Below are positions 10,813-23,844 of a DNA stretch of 64,000 bases, piece by piece. This DNA comes from Heterodontus francisci (Eukaryota). The DNA lies in NCBI RefSeq assembly GCF_036365525.1, contig NC_090409.1:37954437-38018436 (forward strand). Reading direction: 5' to 3'. A program made the translations under genes and the position numbers. The notes beneath the pieces were generated by a model. That model was not told the DNA's origin. It did no database searches and was given only the letters and a program-made list of their open reading frames with translations. How positions within the stretch are numbered: position 1 is the first letter of the stretch; each line of letters starts with the position of its first letter.

Positions 10813-12850
10813 TCAGGAACTGGGGTAGAAGGGGGGGGTCTGTAAGGAACGGGTAGAAGGGGGGGGGTCTGTAAGGAACTGGGGTAGAAGGGGGGGGTCT
10901 GTAAGGAACTGGGGTAGAAGGGGGGGGTCTGTAAGGAACTGGGGTAGAAGGGGGGTCTGTAAGGAACTGGGGTAGAAGGGGGGTCTGTAAGGAACTGGGG
11001 TAGAAGGGGGGGGGTCTGTAAGGAACTGGGGTAGAAGGGGGGGGGTCTGTAAGGAACTGGGGTAGAAGGGGGGGGTCTGTAAGGAACTGGGGTAGAAGGG
11101 GGGGTCTGTAAGGAACTGGGGTAGAAGGGGGGGTCTGTAAGGAACTGGGGTAGAAGGGGGGTCTGTAAGGAACTGGGGTAGAAGGGGGGGTCTGTAAGGA
11201 ACTGGGGTAGAAGGGGGGGGTCTGTAAGGAACTGGGGTAGAAGGGGGGGTCTGTAAAGAACTGGGGTAGAAGGGGGGGTCTGTAAGGAACTGGGGTAGAA
11301 GGGGGGGTCTGTAGGGAACTGGGGTAGAAGGGGGGGTCTGTAAGGAACTGGGGTAGAAGGGGGGGTCTGTAAGGAACTGGGGTAGAAGGGGGGGTCTGTA
11401 AGGAACTGGGGTAGAAGGGGGGGTCTGTAAGGAACTGGGGTAGAAGGGGGGGGTCTGTAAGGAACTGGGGTAGAAGGGGGGGTCTGTAAGGAACTGGGGT
11501 AGAAGGGGGGGTCTGTAAGGAACTGGGGTAGAAGGGGGGGTCTGTAAGGAACTGGGGTAGAAGGGGGGGGTCTGTAAGGAACTGGGGTAGAAGGGGGGTC
11601 TGTAAGGAACTGGGGTAGAAGGGGGGTCTGTAAGGAACTGGGGTAGAAGGGGGGGGGGTCTGTAAGGAACTGGGGTAGAAGGGGGGGGTCTGTAAGGAAC
11701 TGGGGTAGAAGGGGGGGGTCTGTAAGGAACTGGGGTAGAAGGGGGGGTCTGTAAGGAACTGGGGTAGAAGGGGGGGTCTGTAAGGAACTGGGGTAGAAGG
11801 GGGGGGTCTGTAAGGAACTGGGGTAGAAGGGGGGGGTCTGTAAGGAACTGGGGTAGAAGGGGGGGTCTGTAAGGAACTGGGGTAGAAGGGGGGGTCTGTA
11901 AAGAACTGGGGTAGAAGGGGGGGTCTGTAAGGAACTGGGGTAGAAGGGGGGGTCTGTAGGGAACTGGGGTAGAAGGGGGGGTCTGTAAGGAACTGGGGTA
12001 GAAGGGGGGGTCTGTAAGGAACTGGGGTAGAAGGGGGGGTCTGTAAGGAACTGGGGTAGAAGGGGGGGTCTGTAAGGAACTGGGGTAGAAGGGGGGGGTC
12101 TGTAAGGAACTGGGGTAGAAGGGGGGGTCTGTAAGGAACTGGGGTAGAAGGGGGGGTCTGTAAGGAACTGGGGTAGAAGGGGGGGTCTGTAAGGAACTGG
12201 GGTAGAAGGGGGGGTCTGTAAGGAACTGGGGTAGAAGGGGGGTCTGGAAGGAACTGGGGTAGAAGGGGGGGGTCTGTAAGCAACTGGGGTAGAAGGGGGG
12301 GTCTGTAAGGAACTGGGGTAGAAGGGGGGGTCTGTAAGGAACTGGGGTAGAAGGGGGGGGGTCTGTAAGGAACTGGGGTAGAAGGGGGGGTCTGTAAGGA
12401 ACTGGGGTAGAAGGGGGGGTCTGTAAGGAACTGGGGTAGAAGGGGGGGTCTGTAAGGAACTGGGGTAGAAGGGGGGGTCTGTAAGGAACTGGGGTAGAAG
12501 GGGGGGTCTGTAAGGAACTGGGGTAGAAGGGGGGGGTCTGTAAGGAACTGGGGTAGAAGGGGTGAGGGGGGGGTCTGTAAGGAACTGGGGTAGAAGGAGT
12601 GAGGGGGGGTCTGTAAGGAACTGGGGTAGAAGGGGGGTCTGTAAGGAACTGGGGTAGAAGGGGTGAGGGGGGGCTCTGTAAGGAACTGGGGTAGAAGGGG
12701 TGAGGGAGGGGTTTGTCAGGAACTGGGGTGAGGGGGGGTTTTGTCAGGAACTGGGGTAGAAGGGGTGAGGGAGGGGTTTGTCAGGAACTGGGGTGAGGGG
12801 GGGTTTTGTCAGGAACTGGGGTAGAAGGGGCTCTGTAGGGAGTTGGGGTA
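10813..12850 (+). repeat. G-rich ~29-32-bp minisatellite (tctgtaaggaactggggtagaag(g)n), roughly 65-70 units, in RPS19 intron 1
   Basis: Read directly; it explains the spurious 497-aa minus-strand ORF. Confidence 0.97.
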
Positions 12851-13855
12851 TAGAGGGTGGGGGGTATGTAGATGTATGGGGGAGGTACATGGATTATGCA
12901 AAAAATGAACAAGTAAAAACCCTTTGATTAACCAGCCTATTGCACACAACAATGTGTATATACAAACAGACACACTCTGCATCCCTTCTGAAACAATATG
13001 ATCTCTCGGAAGCGGCTATAAAAAACCCCAGAGAGATCTATATGGTACCAAAGGTGTCCTTGTGAGCAGAAAAAGAGCAATCCAGACCAGTCTCTTGACC
13101 CTGTAGGTTACGATATCTCTAGGGCATATCCAAGTATGTGGGTTTCTGCTTCCATCGGCCTTTCAGGCAGCGAGTTCCAGACACCCCACCGGCCTCTGGG
13201 TGAATAAAATTACACTCCCTGGAGGAAAACAAAATCTAGAAAGTTCTCTCACTCATCTAGGTGGTTGAAGCCAGTCCAGGGGATCACGCTGCCTTTGTTG
13301 TGTAACTGTCTTTAGTGTTGGGTGATGTGTCCTTCCTGAGGAACACAAGCCTCCTTGTCTAATGACTGACTATGAAAACAAAGATGGTTGACTGAGATTT
13401 GACCAAGGGCAGAGTAGTATGTCTCATCGTGGAAACAATTGTCCTTCATCGGCTCCAACATCCTATTGCTTCATGTCGTTGCTCATACCTTTAGTGTATG
13501 AAGGGGGTCTGCCATTCAGCAGCAAGCAGGACTTTGAGAGTGTGCTGGGCTGCGCATGCGATGCTGTAAATGAAGAGGGATATTTCAGATGCTCTATTGG
13601 CTGTCCTTCATCGCCTGCTCGCAGCTGGGGAAACTGTCTATGGTTCTGCCAGCACAGCCTGCACTGTGTGCCCAGAGACCTGATGAATGTGCAAGTGCCA
13701 TTTTGAGCCCTGCAGTGGGATTCCAGAACCGACCTTTCGTTGCAGATGTAACTCTTTTAAATGCAGTAGAATTGATGTGGACAAATGATGGCCAGTTCTG
13801 CTTCGGGTTTTGCCGTAAAATTGCATTTCACTCACTTTGTGTTTCGTTTCCTCAG

Positions 13856-13926
13856 ATGCCTGGTGTAACAGTGAAAGACGTGAATCAGCAGGAGTTTGTT
13901 CGAGCTCTTGGAGCTTTTCTAAAGAA
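13856..13926 (+). CDS. RPS19: RPS19 coding exon 1
   Basis: ctcag|ATG...AAG AA|gtatgt. Confidence 0.97.
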
Positions 13927-16900
13927 GTATGTATTAAATGTTTCCAGTTGGGTTTAAAGGAGGCGTTCAGAATACCCTATACAATGTTTCATCTGTATCC
14001 CGCTCAATTCATGCATCTTATTTCTAAATATTCATTGTTTGAGCTCTAATACGGTGTAAATCAGTTACCTGCACTAAACTTCAGTTCATCCCAAACTCTG
14101 CCGTCTGCATCCTAACTGGCACCAAGTCCTGTTGAGCCCTGTTGCTTGTTGGCCTATATTAGCTGCTGGTCCAGCAATTAAAGAATTTTAACATTTGCAT
14201 CATTGTGTTCGAATCCTTCCGCGGCCTCATTCCTCCCTCTCTCTGACCTCCTGCAGCTCTTCACTGTTCTGGCCTGGGCCCTAAGCTGTGGAATATCCTG
14301 TGTTGCCTCACCTAATATCTCCTCATTTGGCTCGGTGTCTTGACTTTATTTTTCTGGTAACGCTCTGGTGAAGTTCCTTGGGACGCTATCTTCAGATCAG
14401 CGTGTATTCAACACACAAATGAAAACAAAGTATCAGGTGTTGATTTACTCTTAACCAAAAAAAAAAACTTGTCTTCACGCTCCGAGCCAGTGGGCAGGCA
14501 ATGAACTGCGCTAGGCCTCTTAATGTTTTGAAACGGGTCTCTGGGTTTTGTGTTCAAGGCTAGTGTTATTTATAAGTGAGGAGTAAGCAGAGATTTGCAG
14601 GGACTGCTTACTGTAGGAGATATCTGTGGTGTTTGTACAGATTTTCCACTGGTATGGATTCCAGGGGGATTTTCACATTCATCTGTGTTTACAGGTCTGG
14701 CAAATTAAAGGTACCTGATTGGGTGGACACAGTGAAGCTGGGCAAACACAAAGAACTGGCTCCTTATGATGATAACTGGTTCTATACCCGAGCTGGTGAG
14801 TGGAATTAACACTGTACTCTTCCTGTTGTTTTAAAGCTGTCCATATAACCTATGAAGGCAGATAGGCTCAGTCCGTTCGTACACAGCTTGGTTGTGAAGG
14901 GTCTACCACTGGTTATTCTCTACACCTTTTCAAGGGCCCCCCCCCTCCAATTATCTGGTCTTGCCGAAGCCAGAACTGGACACTGCACTTGAATTCAATA
15001 GCAACATATTACGGATGCTGGAAATCAGAAAGTGCTGCAAATGCTCCAGTCTGGCAGCATCCGTGGAGAGAGAGAGAGAAAAACAGCTAACATTTCAGGC
15101 TGCTAAATCAGTTCTGATCAAGGATCATTGAGCTGAAACGTTAACTGTTTTTCTCTCCACACATGTTGCCAGCATTTGTAACGTTTGATCAGAGCGTGAC
15201 TTTCAATTGGCTTGTGCTCTACTCCAGCTGTTATTTAGGAGTCAGAATGATGGTGCCGATTTCTGTTGTGTTTCCCTCTGTCCACAGATGCTGCCAGACC
15301 TGCTGAGCGTTTGCCGTTACTTTGTTTTTCTTTCAGTATGTTGCGTTTGATTTCTAATTGATTTCCAGTTGAAGCCTGGAGTCTTTTGCTGACGACTGCC
15401 CCCACTCTCTTCGGTTAGAACTGAAGGTGCCAGCTTTGCTCAGTTGCCGATGCTTTCTCCCAAGACAGAAGATCTTGGGGCCAAGCCCATAATCTTCGCT
15501 GGCAACTCCAGTGCATTACTGAGGGTGCTGTCTTTCAGATAAAACATTGGGTCACTTGAATATTTGGGAGAGGCAAAGGTCCCAGGGCATTTCTTTTAAT
15601 TAAAGATGTCCTGGTCAACATTGCTAATGGTGACGTCTTTGACAGGTTTTTGGGGAACTTTCTCCACTCCCGCTAATCATCTACCAAAAGCTCTGGCGTT
15701 TCCAGTCTCTGGTGCTTTCTGGCCTCGCCCCTGGTTTTTGCCCATTATCTTAAATTGTGTCCCTCTGGTTACTGACCCTCCTACCTCTGGAAACAGTTTC
15801 TCCTTATTTACTCCAAGAAACCACCTCACTATTTTGAACGCCTCGATTAAATCTCACCTTAACCGTCTCTGCCCTAGGGAGAGCAGTCCCAGCACACGCG
15901 CACAATGGTATCGCATCTTCAGTATGTGACAGAACATCAGAGCCTGTGGAGTACTTTGTCACATTTGACTGGTGACAGTCCTCAGATGGTTTGCTGCCAG
16001 CATTGATCCCTAAGGTAGTTTTGGTGGGACTTGGACAGGGCGTTGGAGGAGCTTCCGGCTGCTTCTATTGTTCCGGGCGACACAGCTGGGGTCTCAGCAG
16101 CACCATATTCAATGCCACACTCCCTCAGTACCAAACTGGAGCTTTTACCAACGTGAGTGCTCGGCCCCGCTGAGAAAGCCAAATGCGATCAACTGAACCA
16201 AGCTGGTCGTGCACGTGCAGGGTTGGGAGGTTGGACACTTGTGATAAGAGACTGTCCTAATTATCCCTCTTGCTTGCTTCAGCCTCCACAGTCCGTCACT
16301 TGTACCTACGGGGTGGTGTTGGAGTGGGCGCCATGACCAAGATTTACGGCGGCCGTCAGCGGAACGGCGTGAAGCCCAGCCATTTCAGCCGGGGCTCCAA
16401 ATCTGTCGCCAGGAAGGTGCTGCAGGCTCTCGAAGGGCTAAAGATGGTCGAGAAGGATCCCAACGGGTAAGAGAACAATGTTAAATGTGTTCACCCTGTG
16501 CATGGTTGTGCCTTTCCACCGGGCAGGACTTGGTGAAAACACCTTGCCCTGACTACTTGAATAAATGATTGCTAAGTTCGAAGGGTTGAGATCCACTGAG
16601 CTTTTGCTCAGCTGCATTCCATTGAATGTACAGCACCGAAACAAGCCATTTGACCCGACTAGTCCTCATGTCAGTGTTTATGCTCCGCACAGGCCTCCTC
16701 CCACTCCCTCTTCATCTCACCCTATTAGCATATTCAGTATGGCTTCTGGTGTACAATTTTATGGGCCACTTTATGATTAACATCTCCTTTCGGGAGGCAG
16801 CTCTCTGTTTTTAACATAAACTCCTTGCTTTTCAACTTTATCCCTTTTGGGAGTGAAACCCCAAGTGTGTTTTTTTTTAATGGCTTCCTCAGTCTGTCAA

Positions 16901-19900
16901 TACGTTTAGTTGTTTATCTATCTACCCACGGAATTGTTAGTGCAGAAGGAGGCCATTCATCCCATTGTATCCATACTGGCTCTCTGAAAGAGCAATTCCC
17001 TCAGTTCCATTCCCCAGTCACCTTCCTGTAACCCTGCACATTCATTCTTTTCACATAATTGTCAAATTGCTTTTTGAATGCCTGCATTGAATCTGCCTCC
17101 ACCGCTTTCTCAGGCAGTGCATTCCAGACCTGCATGAAAAAGTTTTTCCTCATGTCACTTTAGCTTCTGTTACCAAATACTTTAAATCTGTGCCCTCTGG
17201 TTCTCGATCCTTTCATTAGTGGGAAACTGTTCCTACTCCTTACTCTGTCCAGACCCCTCATAATTTTGAATACCTGTATCAAATTACCTCTCAGCCTTCT
17301 CTGCTCCAAGGAAAACAGTCCTATCTTCTCCAAACTATCTTTATAACTGAAATTCCTCATCCCTGGAACCATTCTCATGAATATTTTCTGTACTCTCTCC
17401 AATGCCCTTGCGTCTTTCCTAAAGTGCGGGGCCCAGAACTGGATGCCGTACTCCTGTTGAGGCCAAACTAGTGTCTTGTACGAGTTCAACATAACTTCCT
17501 GCTCTTGTACTCTATGCCCCGATTAATAAAGCCCAGGACACACTATGCTTTATTAACTGCTCTCTCAACCTGTCCTGCCACCACCTTCCTACCAAAATGA
17601 ATTACTTCACATTTCTCTGCATTGAACTTCATCTGCCACCTGTCTGCCCATTCCACCAACTTGTTTGTCCTTTTGAAGTTCTACACTATCCACAGTTCAT
17701 AATGCTTCCAAGTTTCATATCATCTGCAAACTTTGAAATTGTGTCCTGTACACCAAGGTGTAGGTCATTTTTATTTTTATATATATATATATATAATCAG
17801 GAAAAGCAAAGGTCCCAAACACTGATCCCTGGGGAACTCCACTACAGACCTTCCTGAAGCCCGAAAACATCCATTAACCAATACTCTCTGTTTCCTGTCA
17901 CTCAGCCAATTTCGTATCCATGTTGCTACCATCCTCATTCCAGGAGCTACAAGTTTGCTCACAAGTCTGTTGTGTGGCACTGTATCAAAGTGCCTTTTGA
18001 AAGTTAGTTAAACATTGTTTTCCCTTAAGAAATCTACGCTGGCTTTCCGTATTTTCTAGAAGTTTTGCCAGCACCGAAATCGAAATGATTGGTCTGCAGT
18101 TGTTCGGCTTATCTTTACACCTTTTTTTTGAACAAGGGTATAATGTTTGCAATTCTCCAGTCCTCTGGCACCGCTCCTGAGTCTAAGGAGGACTGAAAAA
18201 GTCCCCCAATATAACTACCCTATAATTTTTGCACTTCTCTGTAATTTCCTTGCAAATTTCTTCCTCCGCGTCCTTCCCACTAGCTGGTGGCCTATAGCCG
18301 ACGTCGAGCAGTGTAATGCGCCTTTTTTTTGTTCCTTAGCTGTAGCCAAATTAGATTCTGTCCTCAACCACTCTGGGACATAATCTTTTCTCCAGCACTG
18401 CAATCCTCTCCTTAATCAATACTGCCACCCATCCCCCTTCTTTCCCTTTCCTATCTTTCCTGAACAGCTTGCATCCAGGAATATTTAACACCCAGTCCTG
18501 CCCTCCTTTGAGCCGGTCTCTGTTCGAGCCACAACATCTTATTTCCACATGTCAATCTTCACCTGTACCTCACCATTCTTAATAACCGCACTCTGCATTC
18601 ACAGACATGCGCATTAACCCTGATTCAGACTTTATTATTTTCTTACTATTCCCTACTCTCGTGCTGTCTATCTCCCCCAGTATTCTGTGCACCTTGGTAT
18701 GCCACTCTGATACTTGCTTCTGGTTCCCACACCCCTGACAAGTTACCAGTTTTGCTTCCCTCTAATCTGAGCTCCCTCTCAGGTTCCTATCCCCCTGACA
18801 ATTTAGTTTAAACCCCACTAGCCAGTCTCCCTGTGAGGATATTCGTCCCAGTCCTGCTAAGATACAGCCCGTCCATCAAATGCAGGCCCCACCTACCCCA
18901 GAACCGGTCCCAATGTCTCAAATCTGATGCCCTCCCTCCTACACCAGTTCTCCAGCCAGGTATTCAATCGAGCCCTTGCCAGACTGGGCACAGTGGGTGG
19001 TGAGTGACTGGCGGCAGAGTTTACAGGGGTGTAAGGTAGGAGGCTGGCTAAGACAGTGTTTGAAATTATCAAGACTAGATGGACCCATTACTTGGGAGTC
19101 ACGGGGAAAGCTGGATTGTTTGGTTTGGGGAAGGATTGCTAAGTGACTGGCTAGATGCAGGCATAATGGAATTTTTTTTTAAAACTGACATGTCACTGCA
19201 GGAAAGATGTGCAAACTGTGCAAAGATTAATCCCAGGGTGACTGGTGGAAAAGAACATAAATCTGAAGTTTGACCTTGGCTGCAGGAATGATGCTGGTTG
19301 CTAAGATCTGCATCGCGTGCCGCTTCTGTCCAAAATACTTCCACAAAAAAAATCCCCAGATTTGTCAAAAGGAGACATTCCTCATTTGTTTAACCTGTTC
19401 AACCTCAATGCATAAATGAATAGACTGTCATTCGAGTGGGGGGAAACCCCTAGAACCTGGCGTCATACTGGACTGTGATGGGCATTCCCCACGCCTGCTG
19501 TGACTGCGTCATTGGCTCTGCTGATTTACTTACTTTAGGATGTACTACAGTCTTTTCTTGATTAACGATGATGGTGTAACTTCAGTGAGTTTGCTGAATC
19601 AGCTGCATTTTTTTGTGTGGGTGCCCGTGTGCGGTCTGAAAATCCGCTCGGTTTCTCATGGAATCTTCTCGGTGACCATCGCCACAGCAAGCCTTTCTCT
19701 TGTGTGTGAAGTCTGGAATTTCTCAGCTCAGTGCAGCGATCGGCATTTGTGATTATGATTTTTGAGATTTTCTGTGCAGTTTGGTTGCAGAATGCCATTT
19801 GTGGCTTTCAGCCTGGGTTCCTGCATCTGTGATCTGCAAAATGGTGTTTCCGTAAATCTTTTTTTTTAGTATCTAGGATTATATTCCAGGTGTGAAGAAC

Positions 19901-20267
19901 CACAGAATTATGGCTGCAGAAATTATAAAGTAAACAAATACTTGAGTCCAAAGCGGAGTAACTTGACATCACACAGAATTTTTAATAATGGCTTTTTAAT
20001 GCATTTATTTCCTTGCTACAGTGGCCGCAGACTGACTCCACAGGGGCAGAGAGACTTAGACCGAATTGCTGGACAGGTGAGAATAACTTTGATGGTTTTG
20101 AGTTTGTGTAAACGGTTCTCAAGCCATTTAAGACAAATTGTGAGGATTGGGCAGTATAAGCAGGAGCTAGAACGTCGAAGAGTGTGTTTGTGACCAATTT
20201 GCTGTAGCAGACTGGAAAATCCTGCCTTTTTCTTTTGCAGGTTGCAGCAGCAAGCAAGAAACATTGA
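13856..20267 (+). CDS. RPS19: 40S ribosomal protein S19 (eS19): join(13856..13926,14695..14795,16283..16466,20022..20076,20241..20267), 145 aa
   Basis: [145 protein letters not shown]. All introns GT-AG; exon sizes 71/101/184/55/27; AATAAA at 20293-20298. Confidence 0.98.
14695..14795 (+). CDS. RPS19: RPS19 coding exon 2
   Basis: tacag|G TCT GGC...GCT G|gtgagt. Confidence 0.97.
15000..15345 (+). mobile_element. Penelope-like terminal-repeat remnant with degenerate hammerhead motif
   Basis: Inverted ctggcagcatc/gatgctgccag repeats around cagttCTGATCA...GAAACGTTaactg. Confidence 0.55.
16283..16466 (+). CDS. RPS19: RPS19 coding exon 3
   Basis: ttcag|CC TCC ACA...AAC GG|gtaaga. Confidence 0.97.
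16930..18950 (-). mobile_element. Degraded, internally deleted CR1 LINE in an RPS19 intron
   Basis: Minus-strand CR1 ORF2 pieces ([28 protein letters not shown]) and endonuclease-region fragments. Confidence 0.85.
20022..20076 (+). CDS. RPS19: RPS19 coding exon 4
   Basis: tacag|T GGC CGC...GGA CAG|gtgaga. Confidence 0.97.
20241..20267 (+). CDS. RPS19: RPS19 coding exon 5 (VAAASKKH*)
   Basis: tgcag|GTT GCA...CAT TGA; AATAAA at 20293. Confidence 0.95.
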   Translation, partial: VAAASKKH

Positions 20268-20479
20268 ATGTGTGTGTCATATTTTGGAGAATAATAAAAG
20301 CCTTTAGTTCTAACTGCTGTGTTGGGTGTGTTTATTCCAATCTTCAGCCAGCTGTTGGGGTCGATAGAGGCTTCTGTCATGTCTTTTGTAGATCATTGCT
20401 CGGTCATTCTCTGTAAAATGTAACTGAGGCTGCGCGTTTCCAGGTAAGTGATGACATTCCGAACCATTGCACAAAGACA

Positions 20480-22090
20480 GTTCAGAAGGAGGATCTTTTG
20501 AAGAGCAATCCAATTAGTTCCGCTCTTTTCCTGTATTCCTGCAAGACTTTTCTTCAAGCATTTATTCAATTCCCCTTTTGAAAGATATTGAATCTGTATC
20601 CATCACCCTATCAGGTAATGCATTCCAAATCCTAATCATTTGTTTAAAAAAACATGCTGCCTTGAATCGACCCTTTAGCTATTGGAAGCAGTTTATTTTT
20701 ATTCACTTTCTAAACACTTCATGACTTGAACATCTCAACCAAATCTCCCCGCCCCCCCCCGGTCTTCTCTTAAGTAGAATTGTCCCAGTCTATCGACTTA
20801 ACTAGTTGCTTTTAAAGTCGCTTACTGTCCTCACTGTTCACTACACTTCCAATTTAGTATCCTCTAAATTTTGAAATTGTCATGTAATTTCCTCATTGAT
20901 GTATATCAAAAACAGCAGTGGTCCTTGTACTGAACCCTGGGGAATGTCTGTTTACCTCCCTCCAGTCTAGTCATTTACTACGATTGTCTTCTATCCTTTA
21001 GGTTTGTAACCATGCTGCTACTGCCCCTTTTATCCCACAGATTTCAGTTTTGCTAGCAACCCCAATAAGTGACACTTCATAATATGCCTTTTGAAAGTCC
21101 ATCTACATAATGCTATCTTAGGATTTAGAAAACCTATTCATGACTTTGCAAACAAAATTTCCTCTGAACCTTCTCTGCTTCCCTAAGGAGAACAACCCCA
21201 GCTTCTCCAATCTCTCCACACGACCAGTCTCTCATCCCTGGTACCATTCCAGTAAATACTTTCTGTGCTAGTCACAACAGCACAACAGAAAAAGACCCAT
21301 GACAATTGTAAATTTCATAATGGTAGAGAATATCGAAATTACAGAACTCCCAAAAAAGAGAGTTAAAGACGGTAGGAAAATAGATCAGAGGCCAACACAA
21401 AATGGAACCCAAAAGTCTTGTATAAACAAATGATAAAAGTGTAGTCAGGTGTAGGAAGCCATTAGAGACTAAAAGATGAGGGCATGGTTTGAATGAGTGC
21501 TATGCATATGTGTTGACCAAAGAGGATGTAGCTGCCAATGAAGCAGTAAAGGTGAAGCCACTACCAATAGTAAACCAGTCAGCCTAACATCAGTGGTGAG
21601 GAAACTATTTTAGAAACAATAATCCAGAACAAAATTAATCAGCATTTGGACTAATGAATGAAAGCCAGTGTAGGAAAGTAACTCGTATTTGTCTAAATTC
21701 TTGGATCCAGTGTGCATGGACTTACAAAGGCTTGTGACAAAGTATCGTGTAATAGGTTTCATTAGCATTAAAGCCCATGAAATTGAGAGACAGTGGCAGC
21801 ATAGATCCAACATCAGACTACAGATAGAAAGCAGAGTCTTTATTTTATTTAGAGATACAGCCCTGAAACAGGCCCTTGGGCCCACCGAGTCTGTGCCGAC
21901 CAACAACCACCCATTTACACTAATCCTACATTAACCCCATATTCTCTACCACATCCCCACCATTCTCAGACAGTGAGGGACAGGTTACAGTGGCGTTCCC
22001 CCTCGGGTTGGTATAAGACCACTGCTCTTGTGATGTATTAAAGACCTGGACTTTAATATACAGCACATTTTTAACTTTGCAGATGATGCA
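20480..22090. mobile_element. Old CR1 fragments in both orientations plus a partial SINE (21840-21965, -)
   Basis: Degenerate CR1 nucleotide motifs; SINE tail in reverse orientation. Confidence 0.6.
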
Positions 22091-23844
22091 TCAATAGGCC
22101 AACGTTACTCCAAAGACATTAGTCCACGAATACTTTTGAGGCAATTAATGAAAACCACTGGAGTTCTGTTGGAGCAAACAATTTGGTAATTAATGATTTT
22201 TCATCAGACATTCCAGTATAAATTGAAATATAATTCTTAAAATAATCATTTCCTCAAACTCCCCACCAATAATGGAATTCTGAGTGAGGTGACGTGACTT
22301 GTAACCAAGTGAAACTTGTGCTGTTGCTCTGAATTTTGTTGGGTGTTTCTTTGCCACAAGTACACACCTGTCGTGTTTTGAGTGTTTCCAAGATTGCGTT
22401 AGCATCAGTGGCATCTGATTCCTTTGGGTTATGTTTACACACTCCGTTTATTCAACACTGGTGTTCCAGGACCCCGGGTATGGCCAGGATGCCAACTGAT
22501 TTTATTTGGTTGTATTCAGTGAATTTAAAGCAGTGGTCAAATGCTCGACCTAAATCGCTCATGTTGCACTATCTTGGTTTAAAATTACACCAGAGCCCTG
22601 TGAGTTGCATTGATCTTGTGGAATTTATTTGGATGGTACATCCTTTCCTGCTGTTGTATTACACACGTCTCATCGCTTTAACACAGGCTCAGAATTACAA
22701 AGCATTATCTTGTGTCCTCGACCACTATCTGTAAGTGGTTCGAGGCAAAAATATATGAGCATTAAAAAAACAGCACAATGACGATAAATCAGATAAGACG
22801 ACTGCTTATTTAATAATGCTCAAAATACTGACCAACATAGATTTTACTTGGACAATGTAGATGCAGATCAGTTTGTTTGGAATTAAATGCAATACAGATG
22901 AAAGCACATTTTGTCTGTCTAGCCTGTGTCAAATATATTACATGTTTCAACTCTTCAATTTTAAAATCAAATTCAGCTTAAAATTTTGTCAACATTTAAT
23001 TAAAATTGGAAAACTACAGTAATGGCATTTTACTGATCGTCTGTTGAAGAAATCTCATGGTAAATAATGAAATGTGCATGTGGGGAACAGGTGTATGAGA
23101 AAATAATAGAAATCGTAGAAAATGTACAACACAGAAGGAGGCCATTTGGCCCATCGTGTTCATGCCAAGTTGATAAAGAGCTACGCAGCTTGATCCCACC
23201 TTCCTGCACTGGGTCCGTAGGCCTCCAGCTCACAGATTTTAAGGTAGACATTCAAGTGCTTTTTATATAACTGCGAGTAGTGAGTCCATAGGACTGAATA
23301 GTTTATCACTTGCGGCAACAATCAAAGTGATTATATTTTCAATTGCTATTTTTATTACCAATGTATATTTTGGGATGGGCACCTTTACTGACGTAGGTGC
23401 AACCTGACAGCATCAATCCCAGTGACCTTTCACCATCAGAATAAAGGGGCTGTGACAGCTCAGTACGACAAACAATAACAGATTCAACACATTCTGCAGT
23501 TTATATCAGAGGGAACATTTTGAAATCCCACTCTGAAGATACAATTTCAGGGTGAGATTTGCGGCTATGTTGCAGTCTAAGGTCAGACATTAGACTGCAA
23601 CAACATAGCCCCAAATCTCCAAACGTCACTGGGTGTGAGGAATCATGGAACTTACCCTTATATTCCATCACTATCCACACAAAAATATCCAGAGTGAAAG
23701 GTTAAAAGACAACAATAATGTTTCAGATAACTAGTAATTATTCAAGGCCAGTCAAATAGAAAGAAATAGTCAAGTACTACAATTATAAATTGGTTACTGT
23801 TCATTATGTTTCAAAACATTTTCTCATGTAGCACTTTAAAGCTG

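Noticed and set aside
10790-12283. 497-aa Pro-rich ORF on the minus strand
   Set aside because: It is a translation of the G-rich minisatellite antisense to RPS19 intron 1; the frame depends on homopolymer lengths.
10813-12850. Immunoglobulin switch region
   Set aside because: Only superficial motif similarity (GAACTGGGGT versus GAGCTGGGGT); no AGCT palindromes and no Ig exons in the window.
13675-13800. Intronic C/D snoRNA in RPS19 (TGATGA at 13681; a similar motif near 19567)
   Set aside because: I could not find a convincing terminal stem, properly spaced D box or rRNA-complementary guide; a snoRNA covariance search would settle it.
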